Source: Patescibacteria group bacterium (GTDB taxonomy: Bacteria; Patescibacteriota; Minisyncoccia; Phycocordibacterales; Phycocordibacteraceae). Taken from it: DNA of 64,000 nt. The position numbers and the translations under genes were made by a program. The stretch spans positions 8,535-72,534 of the forward strand of contig JAGWVF010000004.1 of assembly GCA_018971045.1 (NCBI GenBank), in the 5' to 3' direction. This document shows positions 7,096-16,834 of this stretch, one piece after another. Below the pieces are notes generated by a model. The model saw nothing but the letters and a program-made list of their open reading frames with translations, did not search any database and was not told the origin of the DNA. Numbering within the stretch: the stretch's first letter is position 1; each line of letters starts with the position of its first letter.

Positions 7096-9489
7096 ATGCC
7101 CTACGAACATCGCGAAATCGAGCGCGCCGCCCAAGCGAAGTGGGCGGAGCTCAATCTCTATGAGACCGATCTCGCCGATTCTTCGAAGGAACCGTATTAT
7201 CTCCTCGCTGAGTTTCCGTATCCGTCGGGCGATCTCCATATCGGCCATTGGTATGCGTTCGCGGTGACGGATATCTACGCGCGCATGCTGAGGCAGCGCG
7301 GGAAGAACGTGCTTTTTCCCATCGGTTTTGACGCGTTCGGACTTCCCGCCGAGAATGCGGCGATCAAGAACGGCGTCGACCCGAAGGAATGGACGCTGAA
7401 GAATATCGAGCGGATGCGCCGGCAGCTCCAGAGCATGGGCGCCTCATTCGACTGGCCAAAGGAGGTTGTCACGTGCGATCCGGACTACTACCGCTGGACG
7501 CAGTGGCTTTTCGCGAGACTCTTTGAGCACGGGCTCGCCGAGCGCAGGGAAGCGGCAGTGAAGTGGTGCCCAAAGGATCAGACGGTGCTTGCGAACGAAC
7601 AGGTGATCGACGGTTGCTGTGAACGCTGTGGTACGCCGGTGGAGGAGAAACGGCTTACCCAATGGTTCCTGAAGATTACCCGGTATGCCGAACGGCTGCT
7701 TTCGGGACTCGAAACTCTGCCGTGGCGCGAAGAGATCAAGGAGGCGCAACGCGCATGGATCGGCAAGAGCGAGGGCGCGGCCTTAACATTCAACGTCCCA
7801 CAAACGGGGAAAGGGATCGAAGTCTTCACGACGCGCCCCGACACGCTCTTCGGAGCGACCTATCTCGTTCTCGCGCCCGAACATCCTCTGGTCGCGGAGT
7901 TCCTGCCGATGCTCGCGAATGCGGAAACCGTTCAAGCGTATGTTGACGCGACGTCGAAGAAAACCGAACGCGAACGCGGCGAGAATAAAGAGAAGACCGG
8001 CGTGGAGCTGAAGGGGGTGCGGGCGATTAACCCGGGGACGAACGAAGAGATTCCGATCTATATCGCCGATTACGCCCTCGCGTCCTACGGCACCGGCGCG
8101 GTGATGGCGGTTCCCGCCCACGACGAGCGCGATGGAGAATTCGCCGCGTTAATGGGCCTACCGGCTCGCGAAGTCGTCGAGCGCGGCGATAAACCGTTGC
8201 CGTACACCGGATCCGGCGCGCTCATAAACTCGGGAGATTTCTCCGGCCGCAACAGCGAGGAAGCAAAATGGGATATCGCCGCTTCGGTGGGCGGCAAAAA
8301 GACGACCAACTACCGCATCCGCGATTGGCTGATCAGCCGCCAGCGCTATTGGGGCTGTCCGATCCCGATCGTGTATGGTCCGGATGGTAAGCCGCATGCG
8401 ATTCCCGCCGAGCATTTGCCGTGGATGCTCCCGACTGATGTCGATTTCAAGCCGACCGGCCGCGCTCCCCTGGCTTCATCAGAAGAGCTCAAGGAGCGCG
8501 TAATAAGGATTTTCGGCGAAGGATGGACCCCGGAGTACGATACCTTCGACACCTTTATGGACTCGTCGTGGTACTTTCTCCGGTATCTCGATCCGAAGGA
8601 CGCGCACGATTTCTCCGAAGCCGCGCTTATGAAAAAGTGGATGCCGGTGAATCGCTACTCCGGCGGAAGCGAACACACGACGATGCATCTCCTGTATGCG
8701 CGTTTTTTTATGAAAGCGCTTTATGATCTCGCGCTGGTGCCGGTTGACGAACCCTTCGCCGAGCGTTTTAATCGCGGGCTCATTATGGGTCCCGACGGCC
8801 AGAAAATGAGCAAATCGAAGGGGAATGTCGTGAATCCTGACGAATTCGTTCAGCGGTACGGCGCCGACGCGGTGCGGCTTTACCTCGCGTTTATTGGTCC
8901 CTACAATGAGCCGGGAAGTTATCCCTGGAATCTCGACGGCGTCGCCTCGATGCGCAAGTTTCTTGAGCGTATCGAGCGTCTCGTCGACGTCGAGAAGAAA
9001 TCTACGGACATCGTAAGTCCGTATATTGGGCAGGTGGTGGCTAAGACGAGCAAGAAAATCGCTGATGACGGCGATCGGTTTAAATTTAATACCGGCGTCG
9101 CGGCGCTTATGTCGCTCCTGAATGAACTCGAGGCATTGCCCGAAACGCCGACAGAAGCACTCGCGCAGTTTGTGATCATGCTGGCGCCCTTCGCTCCTCA
9201 TCTCGCCGATCATTTATGGGAGAGGCTCGGCGGAGAGGGAAGCGTGCACCAGCAGGCGTGGCCTTCGACCGAAGTCGCGGCGGCGACCGAACATGAAGTC
9301 GTAGTGCAGGTCAACGGCAAGCGGCGCGGCTCGATTACTCTCCCCGCGGGTACCCCTGAAGAAGAGGCGATCGCGGCGGCGCGGGCGCTCTCTCCGGTTG
9401 CCGCAGCACTAGGCGGGAAAGATCCCTCGAGAGTCATCTATTTGCCCGACCGTCTCGTAAATCTGGTCACTGCCGAGCGAGCGAGTTGA
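7096..9489 (+). CDS. leuS: Leucyl-tRNA synthetase
   Basis: HIGH motif PYPSGDLHIGHWYAF; KMSKS motif QKMSKSKGNVV; editing and anticodon-binding regions recognisable. Confidence 0.95.
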   Translation: MPYEHREIERAAQAKWAELNLYETDLADSSKEPYYLLAEFPYPSGDLHIGHWYAFAVTDIYARMLRQRGKNVLFPIGFDAFGLPAENAAIKNGVDPKEWTLKNIERMRRQLQSMGASFDWPKEVVTCDPDYYRWTQWLFARLFEHGLAERREAAVKWCPKDQTVLANEQVIDGCCERCGTPVEEKRLTQWFLKITRYAERLLSGLETLPWREEIKEAQRAWIGKSEGAALTFNVPQTGKGIEVFTTRPDTLFGATYLVLAPEHPLVAEFLPMLANAETVQAYVDATSKKTERERGENKEKTGVELKGVRAINPGTNEEIPIYIADYALASYGTGAVMAVPAHDERDGEFAALMGLPAREVVERGDKPLPYTGSGALINSGDFSGRNSEEAKWDIAASVGGKKTTNYRIRDWLISRQRYWGCPIPIVYGPDGKPHAIPAEHLPWMLPTDVDFKPTGRAPLASSEELKERVIRIFGEGWTPEYDTFDTFMDSSWYFLRYLDPKDAHDFSEAALMKKWMPVNRYSGGSEHTTMHLLYARFFMKALYDLALVPVDEPFAERFNRGLIMGPDGQKMSKSKGNVVNPDEFVQRYGADAVRLYLAFIGPYNEPGSYPWNLDGVASMRKFLERIERLVDVEKKSTDIVSPYIGQVVAKTSKKIADDGDRFKFNTGVAALMSLLNELEALPETPTEALAQFVIMLAPFAPHLADHLWERLGGEGSVHQQAWPSTEVAAATEHEVVVQVNGKRRGSITLPAGTPEEEAIAAARALSPVAAALGGKDPSRVIYLPDRLVNLVTAERAS

Positions 9490-9514
9490 CGATAATTGGC
9501 ATACCTGCTAGATT
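9486..9514 (+). promoter_or_regulatory. Sigma70-like promoter TTGACG-17-TAGATT upstream of infA (overlaps the leuS stop)
   Basis: Near-consensus -35 and -10 hexamers with 17-nt spacing, about 35 nt upstream of the infA ATG. Confidence 0.45.
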
Positions 9515-9548
9515 ACAGAAGCATCCGAATGAAAGTAATGAACCATAA

Positions 9549-9821
9549 ATGAGCGAAGGAGACGATACAAAATCAACGACGGTTGGCACCGTTGAAGAGG
9601 TGTTGCCTAATTCGCTCTTTCGGGTTCGTTTGGAGGCGCCGGAGGATCCGACGGTCGAGGACTCGGAAGATGGGGATACGGGCGCGGAAGGAGATCTTCT
9701 CCTCGCGTACCTGGCCGGAAAGATGCGCTTACACCGCATTCGCGTCTTGGTCGGCGACCAGGTCGAAATGGTGCTTGACCCGTACGGAGGCCGGGCGCGA
9801 ATAGTGCGCAGATTAACTTAA
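9549..9821 (+). CDS. infA: Translation initiation factor IF-1 with an ~20-aa acidic insertion
   Basis: [18 protein letters not shown] ... [32 protein letters not shown] matches the IF-1 S1/OB fold; the inserted segment [20 protein letters not shown] sits between them. Confidence 0.85.
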   Translation: MSEGDDTKSTTVGTVEEVLPNSLFRVRLEAPEDPTVEDSEDGDTGAEGDLLLAYLAGKMRLHRIRVLVGDQVEMVLDPYGGRARIVRRLT

Positions 9822-9838
9822 TTTTTAAACTCGTTACG

Positions 9839-9955
9839 ATGAAAGTCCGTGCGTCCATCAAAGTACAACAGCCAGGAGATCAGCTTGTTCGTCGAGGCGG
9901 ACGCTTGTATCGTATTAATAAGAAGAACCCGCGCCGCAAAGCGCGCCAGGGTTAA
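9839..9955 (+). CDS. rpmJ: Ribosomal protein L36, cysteine-free (zinc-independent) variant, 38 aa; absent from the ORF track because it is under 60 aa
   Basis: Translation [38 protein letters not shown]; N-terminal MKVRAS.K and C-terminal K.RQG match L36; canonical infA-rpmJ-rpsM position; no Cys or His zinc ligands. Confidence 0.7.
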   Translation: MKVRASIKVQQPGDQLVRRGGRLYRINKKNPRRKARQG

Positions 9956-9979
9956 TTCACCTCATCCTCATTTTTCGAT

Positions 9980-10360
9980 ATGCGTATCGCCGGCGTCACC
10001 CTTCCCGATAACAAACAACTTGCGTACTCGCTCCCCCTTATTTTTGGTATTGGTCCGACGCGCGCTCGCGAGATTCTCAAACAGGCGAGCATTCCGGCGG
10101 CGAAGAAAGGAAGCGAGCTTACTGCGGACGAGGAACAGCGGATCCGCGCGCTCGCCGAAGCTTTTACGATCGAGGGCGAGTTGCGCCGCGAGATCGGCCA
10201 GAATATCAAGCGACTCAAAGATATCCATTCATACCGCGGCGATCGCCATGCGCGCGGGATGCCGGTCCGCGGCCAACGCACCAAGACCAATTCGCGCACG
10301 CGCCGCGGCAACGTGCGCAAAACGATGACCTCGGGCCGTCGTAAGCTCGAAAAGACATAA
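9980..10360 (+). CDS. rpsM: 30S ribosomal protein S13
   Basis: MRIAGVTLPDNKQLAYSLPLIFGIGPTRAREIL. Confidence 0.95.
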   Translation: MRIAGVTLPDNKQLAYSLPLIFGIGPTRAREILKQASIPAAKKGSELTADEEQRIRALAEAFTIEGELRREIGQNIKRLKDIHSYRGDRHARGMPVRGQRTKTNSRTRRGNVRKTMTSGRRKLEKT

Positions 10361-10368
10361 ATAATTCT

Positions 10369-10803
10369 ATGGGAAAGAAACGCATCATTAAGAAAAGCGG
10401 CAAGGGCCTCGATCAGGGGCGCAAGGAGCGCGCCTTGTCGAAGGCGACTAAGCGGCACCTCGAGAAGGGCATTCTTCATATCGAGGCGACTTTCAACAAT
10501 ACCAAAGCGATTCTCACCGATGAGAAGGGCAATGCGGTCGTGTCGTCAAGCGCTGGCGCGCTCGGCTTCTCCGGCGCGCGCAAGTCGACGCCGTACGCCG
10601 CCGCCAAGGTGGGGGAGTTTCTCGGCGAGAAGGGAACCATGATCGGCCTTAAGGAGGCGTCCGTGGTGATCCGCGGCGTGGGCGCCGGCCGCGAGTCGGT
10701 GTTGCGAGCCTTCTCGGGCAAGGGCATCCAGATCCGAGCCATTAAGGACGCTACTCCCGTCCCGCATAACGGCCCGCGCCCGCCAAAGCCTCGCCGCGTG
10801 TAA
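10369..10803 (+). CDS. rpsK: 30S ribosomal protein S11
   Basis: GILHIEATFNNT...VVSSSAG..GF.G.RKSTP.AA. Confidence 0.95.
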   Translation: MGKKRIIKKSGKGLDQGRKERALSKATKRHLEKGILHIEATFNNTKAILTDEKGNAVVSSSAGALGFSGARKSTPYAAAKVGEFLGEKGTMIGLKEASVVIRGVGAGRESVLRAFSGKGIQIRAIKDATPVPHNGPRPPKPRRV

Positions 10804-10813
10804 TTCTTGATTT

Positions 10814-11425
10814 ATGAAAACCGGACCACGATATAAGCTCGCAAAGCGCCTTGGCGCAACCGTCTTCGAGAAAGCGCAGACTCAGAAGTTTGCGATCTCT
10901 GCCGAGCGATCGGCGAAGAATAAGCGCCGCGGACGCGGCCGCCAGAGCGAATACGGAAAGCAGATGCTCGAGAAGCAGAAGGTACGCGTTACCTACGGTC
11001 TTCCGGAGCGCCAGTTTCGCAACTATGTGCGCAAGGCGCTCGCGACCCATTCGTCGCAGCCGACGGATCGGCTTCACGAACTTCTCGAACTCCGCCTCGA
11101 CAACGTCGTGTGGCGGCTCGGGCTGGCGTCGACCCGACGCGGCGCGCGGCAAATGGTCGCTCACGGACACATCCTCGTGAACGGTCGGAAGATGCGCGTG
11201 CCGTCCTGCGCGCTCTCGGTGCACGATCGGATCAGCGTTCGCGAGGGTTCAAAGGAACACGGCGTGCTCGTCGGTTTCGCCGATCGCTTCGCCGATCGCT
11301 CACTCCCGTCCTGGCTCTTGTGGAATCCGAAGACGATGGAAGGATCGATTGTCGAGCTCCCGACAAGCGCCTCGGCGGATGTCGCGGGCGATCTCGTTTC
11401 GGTGCTCTCGTTCTATACGAGATAA
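10814..11425 (+). CDS. rpsD: 30S ribosomal protein S4
   Basis: PRYKLAKRLG...RLDNVVWRLGLASTRRGARQMVAHGHILVNGRK S4 domain. Confidence 0.95.
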   Translation: MKTGPRYKLAKRLGATVFEKAQTQKFAISAERSAKNKRRGRGRQSEYGKQMLEKQKVRVTYGLPERQFRNYVRKALATHSSQPTDRLHELLELRLDNVVWRLGLASTRRGARQMVAHGHILVNGRKMRVPSCALSVHDRISVREGSKEHGVLVGFADRFADRSLPSWLLWNPKTMEGSIVELPTSASADVAGDLVSVLSFYTR

Positions 11426-11452
11426 TTATTTATTGGTTATTACGATTGCGTT

Positions 11453-12403
11453 ATGGAATACCACATCACTCTTCCCAGTAAGCCGCGTATCGTGTCCGAG
11501 GAGGACATGCAGGGCGTCTACGAAATTGATTCTCTCTATCCAGGATACGGGCATACGCTCGGCAATTCGTTGCGGCGCATCATTCTTTCGTCGCTTTCCG
11601 GCGCGGCGATCACTCAAGTCAAGATCGAAGGCGTTCCGCACGAATTCGCGACGATCGACGGGATGCGCGAGACCGTGATGGAGCTGCTTTTGAACCTCAA
11701 GCGCGTCCACTTTATCCTCCACGGCGACGAACCGCAGACCATCTCGCTTACCGTCAAAGGGACCGGCGAGGTTACGGCAAAAGATTTCAAACTCCCGAGC
11801 CAGGTCGAGATTAAGAATCCGGATCAGCATATCTGCGATCTTTCGGGCAAGACGACTCTCGAACTTGAAGCGACGATCGAGCGCGGACTCGGGTATGTGC
11901 CGCGCGAAGTGCTTACGAAGGATAAAGTCGATATCGGCACCATCGCGCTTGACGCGACGTTTACTCCGATCCGCCGCGTGAATTATGAAGTCGACAATAT
12001 GCGCGTCGGCGATCGCACCGATTTCAATCGGTTGCGCATTCTGATTGAAACGAATGGCACGATCGCTCCGCGCGAGGCGCTCGAGCAGTCGATCGAAACG
12101 ATGATCCACCAGCTGAAGGCGGTTATCGGCTTCCAAGAAAACGAGACGCCGATGCAGGACGATTTTTCCGCAGACATGAAAGACTCTCCTTCAGGCGCAA
12201 GCGCGGCAAAGGTGAAGGTCGCCGATCTCGGTCTTTCGGCGCGAGTCGTTTCGGCGCTCGAAGACGCGGGAATCAAGAGCGCCGCCGGCCTCGCTCGGAA
12301 GACGGCAGACGCTCTTAAGGAGCTCGACGGCATCGGCGAAAAGGCGATCGAAGAGATCACTGAAGCGCTCGCCGGTCTCGGCCTCACCCTCAAGGGAGAA
12401 TAA
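11453..12403 (+). CDS. rpoA: DNA-directed RNA polymerase alpha subunit
   Basis: GYGHTLGNSLRRILLSSL..GAAIT N-terminal domain; C-terminal alpha-CTD helix-hairpin-helix. Confidence 0.95.
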   Translation: MEYHITLPSKPRIVSEEDMQGVYEIDSLYPGYGHTLGNSLRRIILSSLSGAAITQVKIEGVPHEFATIDGMRETVMELLLNLKRVHFILHGDEPQTISLTVKGTGEVTAKDFKLPSQVEIKNPDQHICDLSGKTTLELEATIERGLGYVPREVLTKDKVDIGTIALDATFTPIRRVNYEVDNMRVGDRTDFNRLRILIETNGTIAPREALEQSIETMIHQLKAVIGFQENETPMQDDFSADMKDSPSGASAAKVKVADLGLSARVVSALEDAGIKSAAGLARKTADALKELDGIGEKAIEEITEALAGLGLTLKGE

Positions 12404-12410
12404 TTCCGAT

Positions 12411-12764
12411 ATGGCGTATACGAAAAAAGCGCAAACCTTCCACCGTAAGAGCGACCAGCGTCGGGCGCTTTTGAAGTCGCTCATGCGTTCTCTGATCCTC
12501 GAAGAGCGCATCTCAACGACTGAAGCCAAGGCGAAGGCGCTCCGACCCGCCGTCGAACGTCTCGTCACGTACGGCAAGAAGAATACGCTCGCGAGCCGCC
12601 GGCTCGCGAAGGCGCGCCTCGGCGACGATGAAGCGGTCAAGAAGCTCTTCAGCGCCATCGCGCCGCGCTATGCGGATCGTGCCGGCGGCTATACGCGCAT
12701 CGTGAAGCGTTCCGTACGAGGGTCTAATGACGCGCGGAAGCTTGCGTATATCGCTTTTGTTTAG
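12411..12764 (+). CDS. rplQ: 50S ribosomal protein L17
   Basis: RKSDQRRALLKSLMRSLILEERISTTEAKAK...GGYTRIVK. Confidence 0.95.
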   Translation: MAYTKKAQTFHRKSDQRRALLKSLMRSLILEERISTTEAKAKALRPAVERLVTYGKKNTLASRRLAKARLGDDEAVKKLFSAIAPRYADRAGGYTRIVKRSVRGSNDARKLAYIAFV

Positions 12765-12782
12765 TACACCTTACGTATCGTT

Positions 12783-13154
12783 ATGACCAAAAACACGAAA
12801 CTGGCACCGACTACCTACACGATCGACGCTACCGATCGCGCCCTCGGCCGCGTGGCGAGCGAGGCGGCGCACGCGCTTCTCGGCAAGCGATCAGCGCATT
12901 TCGCGAAGAATCAAGCTCTGCCCGTTACCGTGGTGATCGAGAATGCGAGCAAGCTCCATCTCCCGCTCCGTCGGGTGAAAGGCAAGGTCTATACCCGCTA
13001 CACGGGCTACCGCGCCGGACTGCGCGAGACGCGTATGGACGCGATGATCGAGAAGAAGGGCATCATCGAGGTCGTCAAGAAGACGGTGGATGGAATGATC
13101 CCGCGCAACAAGCTTCGCGCTCCGAGAATGAAGCATCTTATCGTTAACGCATAA
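12783..13154 (+). CDS. rplM: 50S ribosomal protein L13
   Basis: TYTIDATDRALGRVASEAAHALLGK. Confidence 0.95.
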   Translation: MTKNTKLAPTTYTIDATDRALGRVASEAAHALLGKRSAHFAKNQALPVTVVIENASKLHLPLRRVKGKVYTRYTGYRAGLRETRMDAMIEKKGIIEVVKKTVDGMIPRNKLRAPRMKHLIVNA

Positions 13155-13159
13155 ATAAT

Positions 13160-13555
13160 ATGGCTACGCAATTTATTACCGCAGTGGGGCGTCGAAAGAC
13201 CGCAGTCGCGACGGTGCGCATGCACGCGGCATCGAAATCGCTCCTCACCGTCAATGGACGGGAGTCGAAGGATTATTTTAAGACAGTCGAACGCGCGCTT
13301 ATCGCCGAGGAGGCGCTTGCGAAGGCCGAAAGCGCCGAGCACTACGCGGTCGCCGCGTATGTGCGAGGCGGCGGCATTGCGGCTCAGGCCGATGCGGTTC
13401 GCCACGCGATCAGCCGCGCGATTACGAAGGCCGAACCGAATACCCGTAAGACGCTGAAGAGCTCCGGATTCCTCAAACGCGATCCGCGCGCCAAAGAGCG
13501 GAAGAAACCGGGACTCAAGAAGGCGCGCAAGGCTCCGCAGTGGAGCAAGCGCTAG
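13160..13555 (+). CDS. rpsI: 30S ribosomal protein S9
   Basis: AVGRRKTAVATVRM...KARKAPQWSKR. Confidence 0.95.
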   Translation: MATQFITAVGRRKTAVATVRMHAASKSLLTVNGRESKDYFKTVERALIAEEALAKAESAEHYAVAAYVRGGGIAAQADAVRHAISRAITKAEPNTRKTLKSSGFLKRDPRAKERKKPGLKKARKAPQWSKR

Positions 13556-13639
13556 CTCCCGGCGCCGGCGCTCGCTCGGCGGCGCTCGACAAAAAGCGAA
13601 GTGGAGTATACTAGAGACGTTAGCCATAACGTATTCCGT

Positions 13640-14272
13640 ATGCATAAAAAGCTTTTAGTTATAGCCGCAAGTGCGGCGATGCTCGCTCTGCCGGCGTTCG
13701 CGCTTGCCGATGAAGAGCATTCAGGTTTCGACAGATCGCTCCACTGTGCCGATACTGTGGGGAGTCCGGTGGTGAATGTCACCGAGAAGATCAAGAATGA
13801 CGCTGATTCTGGTATTGCGGGGAATAATTGGGCGCTTGACGCGCTTGAACGCCATATCACGGTATGGAAGACGGCGACACCGGGCACTTACTGCGCCACC
13901 GTCCGCGACGAGGGATCGTTTCAGGCCTTTGCGGGCGAGAAAAGCCCTGGTAATACCGGTGTTTTGACGGGTAACGAACGCGGCGAGATACAGGGCGGGT
14001 ATGTCGCCACGATTACCGGCAGTCTCCTTCAAAACCCGGCGGGGAAGACAAAAGGAAGAGTCGACGCCGTCGACTATCGGTGCGACGAACAGGGAAACTG
14101 TCCGGGGTATGTGAGCTGGATGGGACAGTACTTTACGGCTGGCTACGGCAGTACCATGCCATGGTGGGGCTGGATCTATGACGGAGGGAAGTTCGGCACC
14201 TGGGTGAATGCCGCAAGCGGCAACTCGGGCGATATTCTTCCGGCTGTCTCTGGAGAAGGTCACGGCGACTAG
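13640..14272 (+). CDS. Secreted hypothetical protein (signal peptide; 4 Cys; Trp-rich C-terminus)
   Basis: MHKKLLVIAASAAMLALPAFALA signal peptide; no recognisable domain; promoter-like TCGACA-15/16-TATACT at about 13585..13611. Confidence 0.55.
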   Translation: MHKKLLVIAASAAMLALPAFALADEEHSGFDRSLHCADTVGSPVVNVTEKIKNDADSGIAGNNWALDALERHITVWKTATPGTYCATVRDEGSFQAFAGEKSPGNTGVLTGNERGEIQGGYVATITGSLLQNPAGKTKGRVDAVDYRCDEQGNCPGYVSWMGQYFTAGYGSTMPWWGWIYDGGKFGTWVNAASGNSGDILPAVSGEGHGD

Positions 14273-14289
14273 CTCTGGCAGGTTCGATA

Positions 14290-14326
14290 AAAGCCCCGCT
14301 CTGGCGGGGCTTTTATATTTTTTTTT
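14290..14326 (+). terminator. Rho-independent terminator (AGCCCCGC-tctg-GCGGGGCT, then a T9 run)
   Basis: Perfect 8-bp GC stem followed by TTTTATATTTTTTTTT downstream of the 13640..14272 stop. Confidence 0.75.
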
Positions 14327-14353
14327 GACAGCGCAAATTCTTTCAGGCACAAT
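14325..14353 (+). promoter_or_regulatory. Candidate grpE promoter TTGACA-17-CACAAT ending 7 nt before the grpE ATG (possibly a leaderless transcript)
   Basis: Consensus -35; weak -10; GAGGA lies only 1 nt from the ATG, so a canonical SD spacing is absent. Confidence 0.35.
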
Positions 14354-14359
14354 GAGGAT

Positions 14360-14905
14360 ATGAAGGAATGGCGCGGAGACGATATCGATTCGGAGGACGT
14401 GGCGCTTGAGCCGGAGCATAACGAACCGCCGAAGGGCGGCGACGCGCACAAGACGGTCGCGAAGCTTCGGGCCGAGCTCGAGAAGGCGCTCGCAGAGAAG
14501 CAGGAAAATCTCGACGGATGGCAACGCTCGAAAGCCGACTACGTGAATCTCTTGCGCCGCGGCGAGGAAGCGGCGAAGGCGGCGGAGTCGGCAGGGAAGA
14601 TACGGGCTGTCGAGACGCTTCTGCCCGCTTTCGATGCGCTCGAGCGCGCTAAAGAACACGGCGACATTCCCGAGGGATTCGTGGCAATCGCGAAACAGCT
14701 CGAAGGCGCGTTCGCCGCGCTTGGGTTCGAGGAAGTGGGGAAAGTGGGCGAGCCGTTCAATCCGGCAGTTCACGAGGCGTTCGGCCAGGATCAGGCCGAA
14801 TCAGTTGAAACGGATGACACTATTACGGTAGTATTAGAAAAAGGATGGAAGATCGGCGATGCGGTCATCCGGCCCGCGAAAGTTCGCGTCGCGCATTATT
14901 CGTAA
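14360..14905 (+). CDS. grpE: Nucleotide exchange factor GrpE
   Basis: Coiled-coil N-terminal region; [33 protein letters not shown]; C-terminal [22 protein letters not shown]. Confidence 0.85.
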   Translation: MKEWRGDDIDSEDVALEPEHNEPPKGGDAHKTVAKLRAELEKALAEKQENLDGWQRSKADYVNLLRRGEEAAKAAESAGKIRAVETLLPAFDALERAKEHGDIPEGFVAIAKQLEGAFAALGFEEVGKVGEPFNPAVHEAFGQDQAESVETDDTITVVLEKGWKIGDAVIRPAKVRVAHYS

Positions 14906-14921
14906 CTTTCATAATATATCT

Positions 14922-16832
14922 ATGGCAAAAATTCTTGGTATCGATTTGGGAACGACAAATTCCGCGATGGCGATCGTCGAGGGCGGCGAGCCGCGCGTTT
15001 TAGAGAATGCCGAGGGCGCGCGGACGACGCCGTCCATCGTCGCGGTCGGGAAGACGGGCGAACGCATCGTCGGAACGCTCGCCAAGCGCCAGTCGGTGAC
15101 GAATCCCCTGAACACCATCTTCCAGATCAAGCGTTTCATCGGCCACTCCTTCGATGAACCGGAGGTGCAGAAGGATAAGGCCGCAGTGCCCTTTGAAATG
15201 CGCAAAGCCGACAACGGCGGCATCGAGGTCAAGATGAACGAGAAGTGGTATCGCCCCGAAGAGCTATCCGCGATGATACTCGGGAAGCTGAAGGCTGACG
15301 CTGAGGCGAAGCTCGGCGAGAAGGTGTCGCAAGCGGTCATCACGGTCCCGGCGTACTTCAACGACGATCAGCGCAGCGCCACCAAAGCCGCGGGCCAGAT
15401 CGCCGGTCTTGAAGTCTTGCGCATCATCAACGAACCGACCGCCGCGGCGCTCGCGTACGGCTTTAACAAGAAGAAGGACGAGAAGATCGCCGTCTTCGAC
15501 TTCGGCGGCGGAACTTTCGATATCTCGGTGCTTGACGTCGGCGGCGACGTCATCGAGGTGAAGAGCACCGACGGCGACGCGCATCTGGGCGGCAAGGATA
15601 TCGATCAGAAAATTATTAACTGGCTCGCCGATGAATTTAAGAAAGAAAGCGGCATCGACGTGCGCTCAGACGCGCTCGCGCGCCAACGCCTCGATGAGGC
15701 CGCCGAGAAGGCGAAAATCGAGCTGAGTAGCGCGATGGAGACCGAAGTGAACATTCCCTTCCTTACTTCCGACGCGTCCGGACCGCGCCATCTCCTGATT
15801 AAGATGAGCCGCGCCAAACTCGAGGAGCTCGCCGGCGAGTTTATCGAGCGCGCGATGGCGATCACGAAGCGCGCGATGGACGCGTCGCCCTTCAAGATCC
15901 CCGATATCAATGAAGTAATCCTCGTCGGCGGGCAGACGCGCATGCCGATGATCCAGGCAGAAGTCGAGAAATTCTTCGGAAAAAAGCCGAATATGAGCGT
16001 GAACCCCGATGAGGTAGTCGCCATAGGGGCCGCCATTCAGGCCGGCATTCTCCAGGGCGACGTGAAGGACATTCTGCTCGTCGACGTGATTCCGCTCTCG
16101 CTTGCGATCGAGACGATGGGCGGCGTCGCGACGAAGCTCGTGGAGCGCAACACCGCGATCCCGACGAGCCGCTCGCAAACGTTCTCGACCGCCGCGGACA
16201 ATCAATCATCGGTGGAAATTCATATTACTCAGGGCGAGCGCGCCATGAGCGCCGACAATAAGTCGCTCGGGAAATTCATGCTCGACGGGATCCCGCCGGC
16301 TCCGCGCGGAATGCCGCAGGTCGAGGTTACGTTCGACATTGACGCTTCGGGCATTCTCACCGTGAAGGCCAAAGAGAAGACAACCGGCAAGGAGCAAAGC
16401 ATCCGCATAGAAGGTTCGACGGGCCTCTCGAAGGAGGACATCGAGAAGATGAAGGCTGACGCTGAAGCGAATGCCGCGGACGACGAGAAGCGCAAGGTGC
16501 TGGTCGAGGCGCGAAATATCGCGGATCAGACGATCTATGCCGCCGAAAAGGCGATCAAGGATAACGGCGAAAAGGCCGGCGCCGAGATCGTGAAAGAAGT
16601 GCAGGATAAAATCGACGCTCTCAAGGTCGCACGCGCGAGCGAGGATCCGGCGACGATTAAGACCGCAACCGAGAATCTCTCGAAGGTTATGATGAAAATC
16701 GGCGAAGCGATGATGTCCGCTTCCGAAGGAAAGGAAGAGACGCCCTCTGCCGAAAGTTCCGGCCAAAAAGGAGGGGAGGGACCGGAACAGGACGAGGGGC
16801 CGAAAGACGCCGAGTTTAAAGAAAAATCCTGA
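14922..16832 (+). CDS. dnaK: Chaperone DnaK (Hsp70)
   Basis: [32 protein letters not shown] and the rest of the Hsp70 signature set. Confidence 0.95.
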   Translation: MAKILGIDLGTTNSAMAIVEGGEPRVLENAEGARTTPSIVAVGKTGERIVGTLAKRQSVTNPLNTIFQIKRFIGHSFDEPEVQKDKAAVPFEMRKADNGGIEVKMNEKWYRPEELSAMILGKLKADAEAKLGEKVSQAVITVPAYFNDDQRSATKAAGQIAGLEVLRIINEPTAAALAYGFNKKKDEKIAVFDFGGGTFDISVLDVGGDVIEVKSTDGDAHLGGKDIDQKIINWLADEFKKESGIDVRSDALARQRLDEAAEKAKIELSSAMETEVNIPFLTSDASGPRHLLIKMSRAKLEELAGEFIERAMAITKRAMDASPFKIPDINEVILVGGQTRMPMIQAEVEKFFGKKPNMSVNPDEVVAIGAAIQAGILQGDVKDILLVDVIPLSLAIETMGGVATKLVERNTAIPTSRSQTFSTAADNQSSVEIHITQGERAMSADNKSLGKFMLDGIPPAPRGMPQVEVTFDIDASGILTVKAKEKTTGKEQSIRIEGSTGLSKEDIEKMKADAEANAADDEKRKVLVEARNIADQTIYAAEKAIKDNGEKAGAEIVKEVQDKIDALKVARASEDPATIKTATENLSKVMMKIGEAMMSASEGKEETPSAESSGQKGGEGPEQDEGPKDAEFKEKS

Positions 16833-16834
16833 CA

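Noticed and set aside
13556-13600. GC-rich segment after rpsI (ggcgccggcgctcgctcggcggcgctcg)
   Set aside because: No clean inverted repeat could be drawn.
13721-14773. 350-aa minus-strand ORF
   Set aside because: Antisense to the secreted-protein gene and grpE. It also spans a strong terminator.
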